A stretch of 64,000 nt of DNA. Origin: an uncultured Gammaproteobacteria bacterium. Lineage in GTDB: Bacteria; Patescibacteriota; Microgenomatia; UBA10105. The notes beneath the pieces were generated by a model that saw only the letters and a program-made list of their open reading frames with translations, ran no database searches and had not been told where the DNA came from. This document shows positions 1 to 9,110 of the stretch, one piece after another (within the stretch, counting starts at the first letter, position 1; each line of letters begins with the position of its first letter). Where the stretch lies: positions 10,338 to 74,337 of the forward strand of contig CAYPMW010000003.1 in the NCBI GenBank assembly GCA_964412165.1. The letters are read 5' to 3'. The translations under genes were made by a program, and so were the position numbers.

Positions 1-2
1 AC

Positions 3-257
3 ATCTACTTTGCCGGAGGATTCTGCGGAACGGGCTTTAAATTTGCGCCTATTGTCGGCAAAATTATGGCGGAACTGGTGTTTCGCAAACGAACAGTATA
101 TGACACCTCACGGTTCAGAGCGGACCGGTTCGGAAGTTTTACCAATTTGTCAGTAGTCAAATCGCTACCGATGTATACAAAATTTTTCGCTCCCAGAAAT
201 TGGAAATATGTGGCAACTGGTATCGGGGCGCTTGTAAAGCCGAAACTTTTGCCATGA
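3..257 (+). CDS. FAD-dependent oxidoreductase (DAO family, ThiO/SoxB-like), C-terminal fragment; 5' end lies outside the window
   Basis: Frame-3 translation from the window start reads ..YFAGGFCGTGFKFAPIVGKIMAELV.., which matches the C-terminal G-x-G-F-K-x-A-P-x-x-G motif of DAO-family flavoproteins. The listed 66..257 ORF is the tail of this reading frame. Confidence 0.45.
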   Translation: MYFAGGFCGTGFKFAPIVGKIMAELVFRKRTVYDTSRFRADRFGSFTNLSVVKSLPMYTKFFAPRNWKYVATGIGALVKPKLLP

Positions 258-261
258 CTCC

Positions 262-286
262 TCCTCCCCTTAATTTAAAGGGAGGA
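262..286 (+). terminator. Hairpin downstream of the partial oxidoreductase gene (TCCTCCC N11 GGGAGGA); no U-tract, so only a weak terminator candidate
   Basis: A 7-bp perfect stem is seen in the sequence. No T-run follows it. The 3' arm also carries a GGAGG that could act as an RBS-like sequence for hisS. Confidence 0.2.
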
Positions 287-362
287 AGGTTGTGGTAATA
301 CCTTAGCATTTCAATTATTCTTGTATTAATAAGTAAATATTGCTACGATAACAGGAGGATTT

Positions 363-1664
363 ATGATTCAAGCAAAAAAATTACCAGGATTTAGAGATTT
401 TTTCGCAGACGATATTCAGATTCGTGAGTTTGTGATAAATACGTTCAGAAGGATTTTTGAAAAATACGGCTACGAACCGCTTGAAACGCCGGCTTTGGAG
501 TATACGGAAATATTTTCCGGCGAAGTCGGTGAAGAAGCGGAAAAACTGTTTTTTACTTTTGTAGATAAAGGCGGCCGGAGCGTCATGCTCAAATATGAAG
601 TGATGATTTCAATGTGCCGCGCTGTAGCGGAAAATATCAACACTATTACTCTTCCCTACAAACGGTACCAGATCCAACCCGTATGGCGGGCGGAAAAACC
701 GCAGAAAGGACGCTTTAGAGAATTTACCCAGTGTGATGCGGACACTATCGGCAGCGATTCCATCATCGCCGATGCAGAATTTATCCAGATGGGTATTGAA
801 GCAATGGTAGAACTAGGTTTTGATAAATTCCGTGCAAATGTGAGTAACCGCAAGTTTTTAAACGGGTTGGTAATTTATGCTGGTGGTAGCCAAGAAAACT
901 TTATTCCTATTTGTCTGAGTATCGATAAGCTCCCTAAAATCGGACGCGATGACGTATTAAAGGAAATGGTAGATCAGAGGAAAATCTCCTCGTCTGCCGC
1001 GGAAAAAGTACTACGCATCATCACGACAACCGGCAGTACAGAGGAACTAATTAGCCGTTTTAAGGAAGAAATGAAAAACGTGCCTATTGCGATTGAGGGA
1101 CTTAGAGAACTTGAACAAATTTTCGCATATTTACGGCTGATAAAAGTTAATGAAGGCGCTTACAGGTTCGCGCCTTATATCGCCAGAGGTCTCGCCTACT
1201 ATACTGGTCCGATTTGGGAATTTGAAATTCTTGAAGGCAGTGTAGGATCAGTTGCAGGGTGTGGTCGGTATGATAATACGATTGGTAGATTTCTCGCAAG
1301 ACCCATCGGGGCGACCGGCGGATCGTTTGGAATCGAGCGGTTGGTGGAAGTCATCAAAGACAGAAAAATGTTGAATATAAATACTACTAAAACCCAAGTA
1401 TTGGTGACGATTTTTAATCCCCAGCTTTTAAATAATTCCATTGAAATCGCTCATGAGTTACGAAAAGCCGGAATTCGTACCATGCTTTATTCAGATGCAG
1501 TCAGACTTGATAAACAACTGAAATATGCTGACCGCAAAGGCATTCCCTTTGTGGTGATTGTTGGGCCTGAAGAAGCGGAAAAAGGTTTGGTAAAGCTGAA
1601 GAACATGAAAGCCAGAAGCGAAGAAACAATCAAACAGGCAGACCTAGTAGATAAGCTGAGATAA
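363..1664 (+). CDS. hisS: Histidine--tRNA ligase (class II aaRS with C-terminal anticodon-binding domain)
   Basis: GCGRYDNTIGRF and GGSFGIERL class-II motifs; a C-terminal alpha/beta anticodon-binding domain (..FVVIVGPEEAEKG..); AGGAGG RBS 6 nt upstream of the ATG. Confidence 0.85.
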   Translation: MIQAKKLPGFRDFFADDIQIREFVINTFRRIFEKYGYEPLETPALEYTEIFSGEVGEEAEKLFFTFVDKGGRSVMLKYEVMISMCRAVAENINTITLPYKRYQIQPVWRAEKPQKGRFREFTQCDADTIGSDSIIADAEFIQMGIEAMVELGFDKFRANVSNRKFLNGLVIYAGGSQENFIPICLSIDKLPKIGRDDVLKEMVDQRKISSSAAEKVLRIITTTGSTEELISRFKEEMKNVPIAIEGLRELEQIFAYLRLIKVNEGAYRFAPYIARGLAYYTGPIWEFEILEGSVGSVAGCGRYDNTIGRFLARPIGATGGSFGIERLVEVIKDRKMLNINTTKTQVLVTIFNPQLLNNSIEIAHELRKAGIRTMLYSDAVRLDKQLKYADRKGIPFVVIVGPEEAEKGLVKLKNMKARSEETIKQADLVDKLR

Positions 1665-1795
1665 TTGCCAAATCCAAAGTACAAAATCCCAGTAAATTTA
1701 AAACATATAATTTCTAACTACACATTTCAAATTTGGATAATTTTATATAGAATATTAATTGCGACTTTCGCTATTCTGATTTCAAATTTAATCTA

Positions 1796-2719
1796 ATGCT
1801 TGCCCGATTAACTCTCAAACAAAAAGCAGTTTTAGCGCTGATAGTAGCTAATACTATCTGGGGTGCTGCCTCGCCTATTTTTAAATGGGCACTCGAGAAC
1901 ATACCCCTGTTTACCCTGGCCTATTTCCGTTTTTTTATCGCATGCTTACTTGTATTTCCGCTGGCGATTAATAAAAATAGTCATCTGCAGAGATCCGATA
2001 TACTTTCCCTCATTACGCTTGCTCTTTTGGGGATTACGATAAATATCACGTTTTTCTTTTTGGGTCTCAAGCATGCTCCTTCAATCAACGCACCGATCAT
2101 TGCCTCGGCTGGACCGGTATTTCTTATTCTGGCTTCGATGCTATTTTTGAAAGAACACCCGAGGTCCAAGACAGTGACGGGGACACTCATTAGTCTCGTG
2201 GGAGTATTTATTATCATTAGTCGACCACTTATCGAATCCGGGTTTGACTACGGAGCCTTTGCCGGTAATTTGTATTTTGTCCTCGCCACACTGGGAGCTG
2301 TGGGGCATGCGGTGATTTCTAAAAAGCTTCTTGCTCGCTACGATGCGCTTGAGCTTACGTTTTGGTCATTTCTCATAGGTGCTGTGTCATTTTTCCCTTT
2401 TTTCGTATATGAGACATTACACGTCAATTGGCTTGTGACTCTTGATATCCGAGGCATCACCGGACTTGTTTTTGGGATACTTTTTTCGTCAACAATTGCC
2501 TATTTTCTTTACAGCTGGGCGATAAAAGTACTACCTGCATCAGAGATCGGCGTATTTACCTATATTGATCCGGTGATCGCTACAGTCATTGCCATTCCGC
2601 TTCTGGGCGAAGTCATAACTCCGCTGTTTATCCTAGGATCGTTTTTTGTATTTGCGGGCATAGTTGTAGCCGAAGGCCGCCTCCAATATCACCCGCTTCA
2701 CAAACTTAAAACTACTTGA
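1796..2719 (+). CDS. EamA/DMT-family permease (10 TM, duplicated EamA domains)
   Basis: Two ~140-aa hydrophobic halves with the EamA pattern (..ANTIWGAASPIFKWAL.. repeated in the second half). Confidence 0.75.
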   Translation: MLARLTLKQKAVLALIVANTIWGAASPIFKWALENIPLFTLAYFRFFIACLLVFPLAINKNSHLQRSDILSLITLALLGITINITFFFLGLKHAPSINAPIIASAGPVFLILASMLFLKEHPRSKTVTGTLISLVGVFIIISRPLIESGFDYGAFAGNLYFVLATLGAVGHAVISKKLLARYDALELTFWSFLIGAVSFFPFFVYETLHVNWLVTLDIRGITGLVFGILFSSTIAYFLYSWAIKVLPASEIGVFTYIDPVIATVIAIPLLGEVITPLFILGSFFVFAGIVVAEGRLQYHPLHKLKTT

Positions 2720-2747
2720 ATACCATCGTCATGGTATACTACATACT

Positions 2748-3086
2748 ATGATTGGTTTACTGTGGCGCTGGTTTTTAAATGCGTTGTTACTTTTCGTCGT
2801 TGCCAAAATCCTGCCCGGATTTGAGTTAAAAGATTTCAGCTCAGCGCTTTTGGCAGTAGTGGTTATTGGACTGGTTAATACACTGGTCAAACCAATTCTC
2901 GTTGTTCTGACAATTCCAATTAATCTTGTGACGCTGGGTTTGTTTACATTTGTAGTGAACGCGCTTATGCTACTTCTGGCAAGTAGCATTACTCCCGGTT
3001 TTAAGATACATGGGTTGGGATCTGCATTGGTCGGTTCAATCTTTTTATCACTTGTTTCTTCCTTGCTGCATGAATTAGTAACATAA
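2748..3086 (+). CDS. Small 4-TM membrane protein, phage-holin-4 / DUF360-like
   Basis: 112 aa with four hydrophobic helices and the GFELKDFSSALLAVVVIGLVNTLVKPIL signature typical of the YvlD/holin_4_2 family. Confidence 0.55.
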   Translation: MIGLLWRWFLNALLLFVVAKILPGFELKDFSSALLAVVVIGLVNTLVKPILVVLTIPINLVTLGLFTFVVNALMLLLASSITPGFKIHGLGSALVGSIFLSLVSSLLHELVT

Positions 3087-3088
3087 GT

Positions 3089-3352
3089 ATGAGCGAGTAT
3101 TTAAAACCTGATTTTGAAGAATTTTTTGATCATTTAGAAGATTTGAATAGGAAGCACAACCCTATTACTTGTAGTCTTCCCGCGCATATTAAAATAAGGG
3201 ATATACATGGACATTTTCATTGTGGGCCAGGTGGATACCGACCAACAGATGGTAAAGGCTATGTTTTTATTTTACAAGGTAGAAGGACTATTGGGCGTAT
3301 CGAAGGCGATTTCATAAGTGCCAATACTCCACTTGAGAACACTGTCAAATAA
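3089..3352 (+). CDS. Hypothetical protein (87 aa, Cys/His-containing)
   Basis: Intact ORF in an operon-like position 2 nt after the preceding gene. No recognisable motif. Confidence 0.4.
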   Translation: MSEYLKPDFEEFFDHLEDLNRKHNPITCSLPAHIKIRDIHGHFHCGPGGYRPTDGKGYVFILQGRRTIGRIEGDFISANTPLENTVK

Positions 3353-3379
3353 TGAATATAAGTGATATAATACTCATTT

Positions 3380-3688
3380 ATGAAAGCTAATATTCACCCT
3401 ACTTGGTATCAGGATGCGCTTATCACCTGTGCGTGTGGCAATACCTTTAAAATCGGTTCAACCAGAGAGGAAATTCGGGTAGAAATCTGCAGCCGCTGCC
3501 ATCCGTACTTTACCGGTGAAATGCGTTTCGCCGATACAGTAGGTAAAGTTGACCGTTTTCGCAAGCAGATTGAAGTAGCAAAACAAAAAGCACCAGCCCT
3601 AGCCAAGAAAAGGGCTAAGAAAAAAGGCAGACCTCATGCCGAAGATACAGAACCCAAATCCCTCAAAGAGATGCTCTTGGGAGCGTAA
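3380..3688 (+). CDS. rpmE: 50S ribosomal protein L31 (zinc-ribbon type) with a Lys-rich C-terminal extension
   Basis: MKANIHP..CxCG..C..CHPYFTG pattern diagnostic of L31. Confidence 0.9.
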   Translation: MKANIHPTWYQDALITCACGNTFKIGSTREEIRVEICSRCHPYFTGEMRFADTVGKVDRFRKQIEVAKQKAPALAKKRAKKKGRPHAEDTEPKSLKEMLLGA

Positions 3689-3786
3689 AATAAATTACAC
3701 ATTCAAAGTCAAAAAATCAAAAACAGGTAATTTTTTCTGGTAGTGCATTTAGATTTGATCTTTGTTTTTTTTGTTTTTAGATTTAT

Positions 3787-4482
3787 ATGAATAATGATGT
3801 GGCTATTTTAGAATTCCGTCCAGGTCCGGGCGGCCTCGAAGCCAAACTCTGGGCAATTGACCTGATGCGGATGTATGTCCGGTATGCTAATTTGTCTGGA
3901 TGGAAGGTAGAACAACTGAATGAAAATACCATCCGCATTAGAGGTCATGATGCATTTACCAAACTCCAATATGAAGCCGGAACTCACCGGGTACAAAGGA
4001 TTCCCACTACCGAACGATCTGGTCGAATCCATACGTCAACTGCCACCGTGGCGGTACTTCCTGATATTCCCGAGGCACAAGTCACTATCCGGCCTGAGGA
4101 CCTCGTGTGGGAATTTTTTCGCTCCGGCAGCAAAGGTGGACAAAACGTCAATAAAGTCTCGTCAGCTGTTCGAGTCCGGCACAAACCTTCAAATATCGTC
4201 GTCTCAGCCCAAGCTGAACGAGATCAACACCAAAATCGTCAAATAGCGCTGTCTATGCTTCGAGCCAGGCTTTGGGAGCAAGAGGAATTGAAACGCAGTC
4301 AAACCATGGGTGATGCCCGATCAGTGATAGGCAGAGGCATGCGAGCAGAAAAGATAAGAACGTACAACTTCCCCCAAGATCGGGTCACGGATCATCGGGT
4401 CGGTAAATCGTGGGCGAAACTTGAGGATATCCTTGATGGAAAACTAAATAAAGTGATGGACACGCTTCTCAAACAAAGCTAA
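3787..4482 (+). CDS. prfA: Peptide chain release factor 1-like protein with domains 2-4 only; domain 1 is missing
   Basis: HRVQRIPTTERSGRIHTSTATVAVLP is the RF1 PxT decoding region. FRSGSKGGQNVNKV is the GGQ motif. IRTYNFPQDRVTDHRV is the RF1/RF2 domain-4 signature. The ORF begins exactly at the domain-2 boundary. The 98 nt upstream are stop-rich intergenic sequence after rpmE. Confidence 0.8.
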   Translation: MNNDVAILEFRPGPGGLEAKLWAIDLMRMYVRYANLSGWKVEQLNENTIRIRGHDAFTKLQYEAGTHRVQRIPTTERSGRIHTSTATVAVLPDIPEAQVTIRPEDLVWEFFRSGSKGGQNVNKVSSAVRVRHKPSNIVVSAQAERDQHQNRQIALSMLRARLWEQEELKRSQTMGDARSVIGRGMRAEKIRTYNFPQDRVTDHRVGKSWAKLEDILDGKLNKVMDTLLKQS

Positions 4483-4517
4483 AATCTCACCCCACTCCTC
4501 ACGGAATTTAAAACAAT

Positions 4518-5687
4518 TTATTGCGTCGATTCAACCAATGTGACGTTGATGGTTTGTTCTTTGCCATCTCTCCAGTAGGTCACGCTGACCGTCTCGCCAA
4601 CTTTTTTTTGAGAGATGATTGTGGCAATCTCTCCATCCTGCCCAATGATTCGCTGGTTGTTGATGTTTATGATAATATCTCCCCTTTTAAGTCCGGATTT
4701 TTCTGCAGGGCTACCTGATACGACTTCAACAATATACGCCCCTTCGGGTACGTCATTAAGAAGCGCCAGTTTTTTATCAATTGATTTATATTTTATGCCT
4801 AAAAATGGCCTGGAGAATTGACCGGTTTGGTTAAAATTCTCAAGCGCGTCTTTGACCACATTAATGGGGATAGCAAATCCGATATTTTGGCCAGATGAGG
4901 CAATTGCCGTATTGACCCCGATCACTTGACCACCGCTGCCTAAAAGCGGACCCCCGGAATTGCCAGGATTAATGGCTGCATCGGTCTGAATAACATTATC
5001 AAGGCGTTCTACAAACCCTTCAAATGGGCTGCCTGTGGTGATACCCCTGCCGAGACCCGATATCACTCCCGTCGTCACAGTGTGCCGGAACTCTCCCAGA
5101 GCTGTGCCAATGGCAACCACAAATTGTCCGACTTTAAGTTTAGATGAATCACCCATAGTCACGGGTTGAAGATCGCTCGCACTGATTTTAATAATCGCCA
5201 GATCATTGGTCGGATCACGATAAATTTTTTCGACTGTGTACTCCTGATCGTCTTTTGTAATTACCCGGTATTTGGCATTCGTGTCCGCCACGACGTGTTT
5301 ATTTGTCACGATGAGCCCATCTTTTGATACTACAAAACCGCTACCGATGTCTTGCTCGATCCGTTCTTCCTGTCCCTGCCCGCGAAAAATATTAAAGGGG
5401 TCAAACGGATCAATTTCGTAAAACCGGTCTCTTCTCACTGTGGAAATACCGACCGTGACTACTGACGGCGATACTCGCTCCACGACATCAATCACCAAGT
5501 TCTCCTCCTTTAGGATGGTAATGTTTTCTTCACTTACCTGGGGACTGGGTTGGTTGGGTGAAGGGATGCGGATATTTTTGAATACATCGTTCCAACCGAT
5601 ACCGAATGACCCGACAGAGATACCTAAAATAATTAAAATAGCGAGTGCAATGGTGATGATCACATTTCGTTTTAGTTTCATATACAC
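4518..5687 (-). CDS. htrA: HtrA/DegP-family trypsin-like serine protease with a PDZ domain and an N-terminal TM anchor
   Basis: TNKHVV (catalytic His), D, and GNSGGPLL (catalytic Ser) motifs; a C-terminal PDZ domain (..GLKRGDIII..). Confidence 0.85.
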   Translation of the reverse strand: MYMKLKRNVIITIALAILIILGISVGSFGIGWNDVFKNIRIPSPNQPSPQVSEENITILKEENLVIDVVERVSPSVVTVGISTVRRDRFYEIDPFDPFNIFRGQGQEERIEQDIGSGFVVSKDGLIVTNKHVVADTNAKYRVITKDDQEYTVEKIYRDPTNDLAIIKISASDLQPVTMGDSSKLKVGQFVVAIGTALGEFRHTVTTGVISGLGRGITTGSPFEGFVERLDNVIQTDAAINPGNSGGPLLGSGGQVIGVNTAIASSGQNIGFAIPINVVKDALENFNQTGQFSRPFLGIKYKSIDKKLALLNDVPEGAYIVEVVSGSPAEKSGLKRGDIIININNQRIIGQDGEIATIISQKKVGETVSVTYWRDGKEQTINVTLVESTQ

Positions 5688-5844
5688 ACTCCTTCTCCAG
5701 AATTATTGTAACTTCCTTATTAGAATTTGATAACTATCTTTCCATAGATATCTGAAATTTAGCTGAATTAAGTGACGAAAATAAATCAGCAACAAAGAGA
5801 TTTTCTGGAATACATTTTATATTGAATTCTATACGTCTAGTTAA

Positions 5845-7107
5845 CTATCTTCCCGAGAGTTCCACGATCGCCCGATCAAGCTGTGGATCTAATTCTCCCG
5901 AGTCAGTTGCCCTAGGTGATTTGACTTCAATATCTGGCGCAATCCCCTTCCCATTGATCCATGCACCTTTAGGCATCACCCAACGAGCAGTAGTAATATG
6001 AATGCCCGAACCATCGGGCAAATCCTCAGGAGACTGGATAGAACCCTTACCAAACGTTGTTTCTCCAACTAGTAGTGCCCGGCCATGATCCTTTAGTGCC
6101 CCTGCTACAATCTCTGAAGCTGACGCACTTCCTTTGTTTATGATTACTATGAGCGGAACATCCAGAAAACTACCGAGTCTGGTAACTGAAAAATTTTCTT
6201 TAGATCCATCATTATTTTCCTGACTGACGACATTTAAACCACTCCGTAAAAATTCACTTGAAATAAAAATAGCGCTTTGGAAATATCCACCTGGGTTATT
6301 ACGTAGATCAAGTATTACCCCTTTTAGCTCTTTCTTTGAAGAACTAGACTTAAGCACTCCTAACGCATCACTCCATTCATCGTTTGTTTGGTCTCCAAAC
6401 CGTGAAAGTTTGAGGTAGCCAATTTGTGGACAATTAGTACTACACCCGAGTACCGGCTTTAATTCAACTTCCACACTTTTGACTACAATCGTAGCCCGTG
6501 TGACTTTAATTTCCTGAGTCGATTGTTCCCCTTCATGGACTATCGTGAGTGTCACTTGAGTGCCTTTTGGACCACGAATTTTCGTCACTGCTTGCGGCAC
6601 CGTCCAGCCGAGCGTTTCTTCGCTGCCTACTTTTACAATCCAATCTCCAGCGCGAATACCGGCGCGTTCTGCCGGATGGGCTTTTAGAGGTGCAATCACG
6701 ACTATTTTTTCGTCTTTTGCTCCGAGCTGGGCTCCAATTCCTTCAAATGATCCCTCCAGATCTTTTTTGAATTCAGTGTTCTCCTGAGGCGGCAAAAAAA
6801 CAGTATATGGATCGCCGAGTGAAGACACCATCCCAGATATGGCGCCATAGACCATCTTTTGCGAATCAAGTTTTGATTTATCTAAGTATTTGGTTTCAAG
6901 TCTTTCCCAAACGTTCCAGAAAAGATTAAAATCAACTTCCTTTGCCGGTGGTGGAGATGAATGAACCACAATCCCTTGGTTTCGTGAAAGCGAAAACGTA
7001 GTACGCCTCATCCCAAGTTGATATCCGATGTAACCCGCGACGATAACGAGAATGGTTATCAAGGTAAGTATTCTGATGGTGCGTAAACTCATAGAGGTAT
7101 GTATCAA
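5845..7107 (-). CDS. ctpA: Carboxyl-terminal processing protease (S41 family, CtpA/Prc-like) with a PDZ domain
   Basis: PDZ (..GIRAGDWIVKV..), LDLRNNPGG and TFGKGS S41 motifs, and an N-terminal TM helix. Confidence 0.8.
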   Translation of the reverse strand: MIHTSMSLRTIRILTLITILVIVAGYIGYQLGMRRTTFSLSRNQGIVVHSSPPPAKEVDFNLFWNVWERLETKYLDKSKLDSQKMVYGAISGMVSSLGDPYTVFLPPQENTEFKKDLEGSFEGIGAQLGAKDEKIVVIAPLKAHPAERAGIRAGDWIVKVGSEETLGWTVPQAVTKIRGPKGTQVTLTIVHEGEQSTQEIKVTRATIVVKSVEVELKPVLGCSTNCPQIGYLKLSRFGDQTNDEWSDALGVLKSSSSKKELKGVILDLRNNPGGYFQSAIFISSEFLRSGLNVVSQENNDGSKENFSVTRLGSFLDVPLIVIINKGSASASEIVAGALKDHGRALLVGETTFGKGSIQSPEDLPDGSGIHITTARWVMPKGAWINGKGIAPDIEVKSPRATDSGELDPQLDRAIVELSGR

Positions 7108-7841
7108 ATCGTATCAATTACTAAAAGTTGTTTCTTGTCTCCATACACTATCACATTTTTATCTTCATAGCTTTTCATACTTTCCAAAGTTTCTATCAGA
7201 AGAAACGGCAGTGAAAACGGAGATTTTTCAAACGATTCAGCGACTATTGCAAGCACCCCCAGCGTATCAGCCTTGGCAATTATATCACTGCGCGCTTCTT
7301 TTAAAGCCAGAATTGTACTCTCCAAATCAGTCGGCAGGGTAAACATGGTGACACCTGTGACTATCCTCAACCTCCCACTCACCGGGTGACCTTTGCCGTC
7401 TTTGGCTACTATAAGTGTTCCCGTCACTTCAAAGACTATTTTTTCCTCAGTCACATCCAGTACTAGAGCATCAAACCAAGCTGTTACCTCTTCACCAGTA
7501 TCAATCCGTTCTATCCCTACTACGGCCTTGTCTCTATCGACGATGATAAATTTTCCGTCAACAGGAGACCTAATGCTTACAGTTTTCAAAAGGCCTTTTT
7601 TAATAGCCAGAATGTCATTTTTAGAAATTTTGTCCGTTTCTTTTGGTTTAAGATAATTCCAGGCTTTCTGGGCTGATACACCAAGAAGTTTGGCAATGTT
7701 AAATTCATCAATTTCCCGATGGGTCGCCTCTACCACCCGGTCTCCCTTCTTCACCACGTCTCCCTTTTTGACAAGTGGTACATCGCCGGGAATCAATCGT
7801 AAATTGAGGTGGGCTTTTTTTTGCATGTGGCAGTACTTCAA
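7104..7841 (-). CDS. Hypothetical protein with a barrel-sandwich-hybrid (HlyD/membrane-fusion-protein-like) signature; occupies the position usually held by rplI
   Basis: VKKGDVVKKGDRVVEA is a lipoyl-like motif. IRSPVDGKFIIVD is a beta-barrel start motif typical of periplasmic adaptor proteins. No TM segment is seen. The gene overlaps the rpsR stop by 4 nt. Confidence 0.4.
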   Translation of the reverse strand: MKYCHMQKKAHLNLRLIPGDVPLVKKGDVVKKGDRVVEATHREIDEFNIAKLLGVSAQKAWNYLKPKETDKISKNDILAIKKGLLKTVSIRSPVDGKFIIVDRDKAVVGIERIDTGEEVTAWFDALVLDVTEEKIVFEVTGTLIVAKDGKGHPVSGRLRIVTGVTMFTLPTDLESTILALKEARSDIIAKADTLGVLAIVAESFEKSPFSLPFLLIETLESMKSYEDKNVIVYGDKKQLLVIDTI

Positions 7842-8071
7842 CTCCTATTAATAAACGGTAATAGTCCTAGAAAACGCGCCCTTTTTATCTCAAGAGCAAT
7901 TTTTCTCTGGTGTTTGCTGCAGATACCTGTCCGTTGATGGGATAGTATTTTACCGCGCTCTGAAACGAATCGTCTGAGCGTTTCCAGGTCATGGAAATCA
8001 GGTTCCTTAGTTTCATTGCAAAATATGCAATTTCTTGGTACTGGTCTAAGGCGAATTTTTCGAAGCACCAT
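7838..8071 (-). CDS. rpsR: 30S ribosomal protein S18
   Basis: ..RFVSERGKILSHQRTGICSKHQRKIALEIKRARFLGLLP.. is the canonical S18 core. Confidence 0.9.
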   Translation of the reverse strand: MVLRKIRLRPVPRNCIFCNETKEPDFHDLETLRRFVSERGKILSHQRTGICSKHQRKIALEIKRARFLGLLPFINRS

Positions 8072-8080
8072 ATATACTCC

Positions 8081-8605
8081 TCAAAATGGTATATCATCCG
8101 GATTGATCTCTTCTTTGGTTGCCGTTTCCTTTACTTGTGGTGTATCATCAGTTTGAGAAGTATTTGATTGAGGTGAAGGCGCTGCCGCGGCAGGTGTTTG
8201 TACCCGAACAGGTTGGGCTCGATGAATATTGGCTTCATGCGTGCCTACACTATCACTTTCACTTCTACGCAACGATTCAAGTACGATCATATCGTCAATC
8301 ACGACTTCTGTAGTTTGGCGTTGTTGACCATCTTGGGTTTGCCACGACCGTGTTTGGAGCCTACCTTCAACAAAAACCTTCCTACCTTTGACGAGCAACT
8401 GACTGCAAAGTTCCGCGAGCTTATTCCAGGAAACGATCCGATGAAATTCCGTTTCCTCTTTTTTCTCACCACTTTCGGTCGTCCATGACCTATTGGTAGC
8501 CAACCCAAACGAGCACACTGCGGTACCCGCAGGGGTATACCTAAGTTCTGGATCCCGAGTTAAATTTCCAATCAGCATAACTTTATTCAGTGAGCGTACC
8601 GACAT
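8081..8605 (-). CDS. ssb: Single-stranded DNA-binding protein
   Basis: OB-fold N-terminus (LNKVMLIGNLTRDPELRYT..), a Gln/Pro-rich linker and the acidic DDIPF C-terminal tail. Confidence 0.9.
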   Translation of the reverse strand: MSVRSLNKVMLIGNLTRDPELRYTPAGTAVCSFGLATNRSWTTESGEKKEETEFHRIVSWNKLAELCSQLLVKGRKVFVEGRLQTRSWQTQDGQQRQTTEVVIDDMIVLESLRRSESDSVGTHEANIHRAQPVRVQTPAAAAPSPQSNTSQTDDTPQVKETATKEEINPDDIPF

Positions 8606-8704
8606 AATTTTAGAAGAATGACTAATTGACCTAATTAATCTAATGTCTAAGCAATTATATATTTTTTAATTGATTAGGTTAATTAGAAATTAGGAATTAG
8701 AAAT

Positions 8705-9031
8705 TTATTGCTTCTCCTCCTTTTGTTTAACAACTAGAATCCGCACTATCTCTGATTCAAGTTTTAATTTAGCGTAAAGCACATTCGGATTTTTTCCCGT
8801 GGTGTCAAGATAAAATGACGCTATAGAGCCTTCCATTAGCTTATTGATTGGATAAGCGAGGGGCTTTTTCCCCCACCAGGAAACGTTAGAAACAGTAAAC
8901 CCCTCTTTTTCAAGAAGGGTTGTAAGTTTCTCCTGGTAAGACTGTTCGTTTGTGTCAGGCTTAACGACTACAACCATTTCATACTGCATAAGGCTTGAGA
9001 GGATTGTAACACAATTCGCTAAATTCGCCAA
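8705..9031 (-). CDS. rpsF: 30S ribosomal protein S6
   Basis: ..YEMVVVVKPD..GKKPLAYPINK.. S6 core. The 9031 start is a TTG. Homology suggests the true start may be the internal ATG at 8989 (MQYEMVV..). Confidence 0.8.
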   Translation of the reverse strand: MANLANCVTILSSLMQYEMVVVVKPDTNEQSYQEKLTTLLEKEGFTVSNVSWWGKKPLAYPINKLMEGSIASFYLDTTGKNPNVLYAKLKLESEIVRILVVKQKEEKQ

Positions 9032-9110
9032 GATATAACATTCCTTTCTTCGGTCACCTATTGATTATTCAAGTCTTCATGCCTACTATATTGGGAGGGA
9101 CAGATAAAAA

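Noticed and set aside
3787-4482. Programmed +1 frameshift or missing N-terminal exon for the release factor
   Set aside because: The protein is RF1-type (P-x-T, not SPF), and RF1 genes do not use the prfB frameshift. The upstream 98 nt contain stops in all frames, so there is no hidden N-terminal domain.
7104-7841. Calling the 245-aa post-rpsR gene ribosomal protein L9
   Set aside because: Only a short KKGDVV / VEAT coincidence exists with the L9 N-domain. The length and remaining motifs fit a barrel-sandwich hybrid (HlyD-like) fold better.
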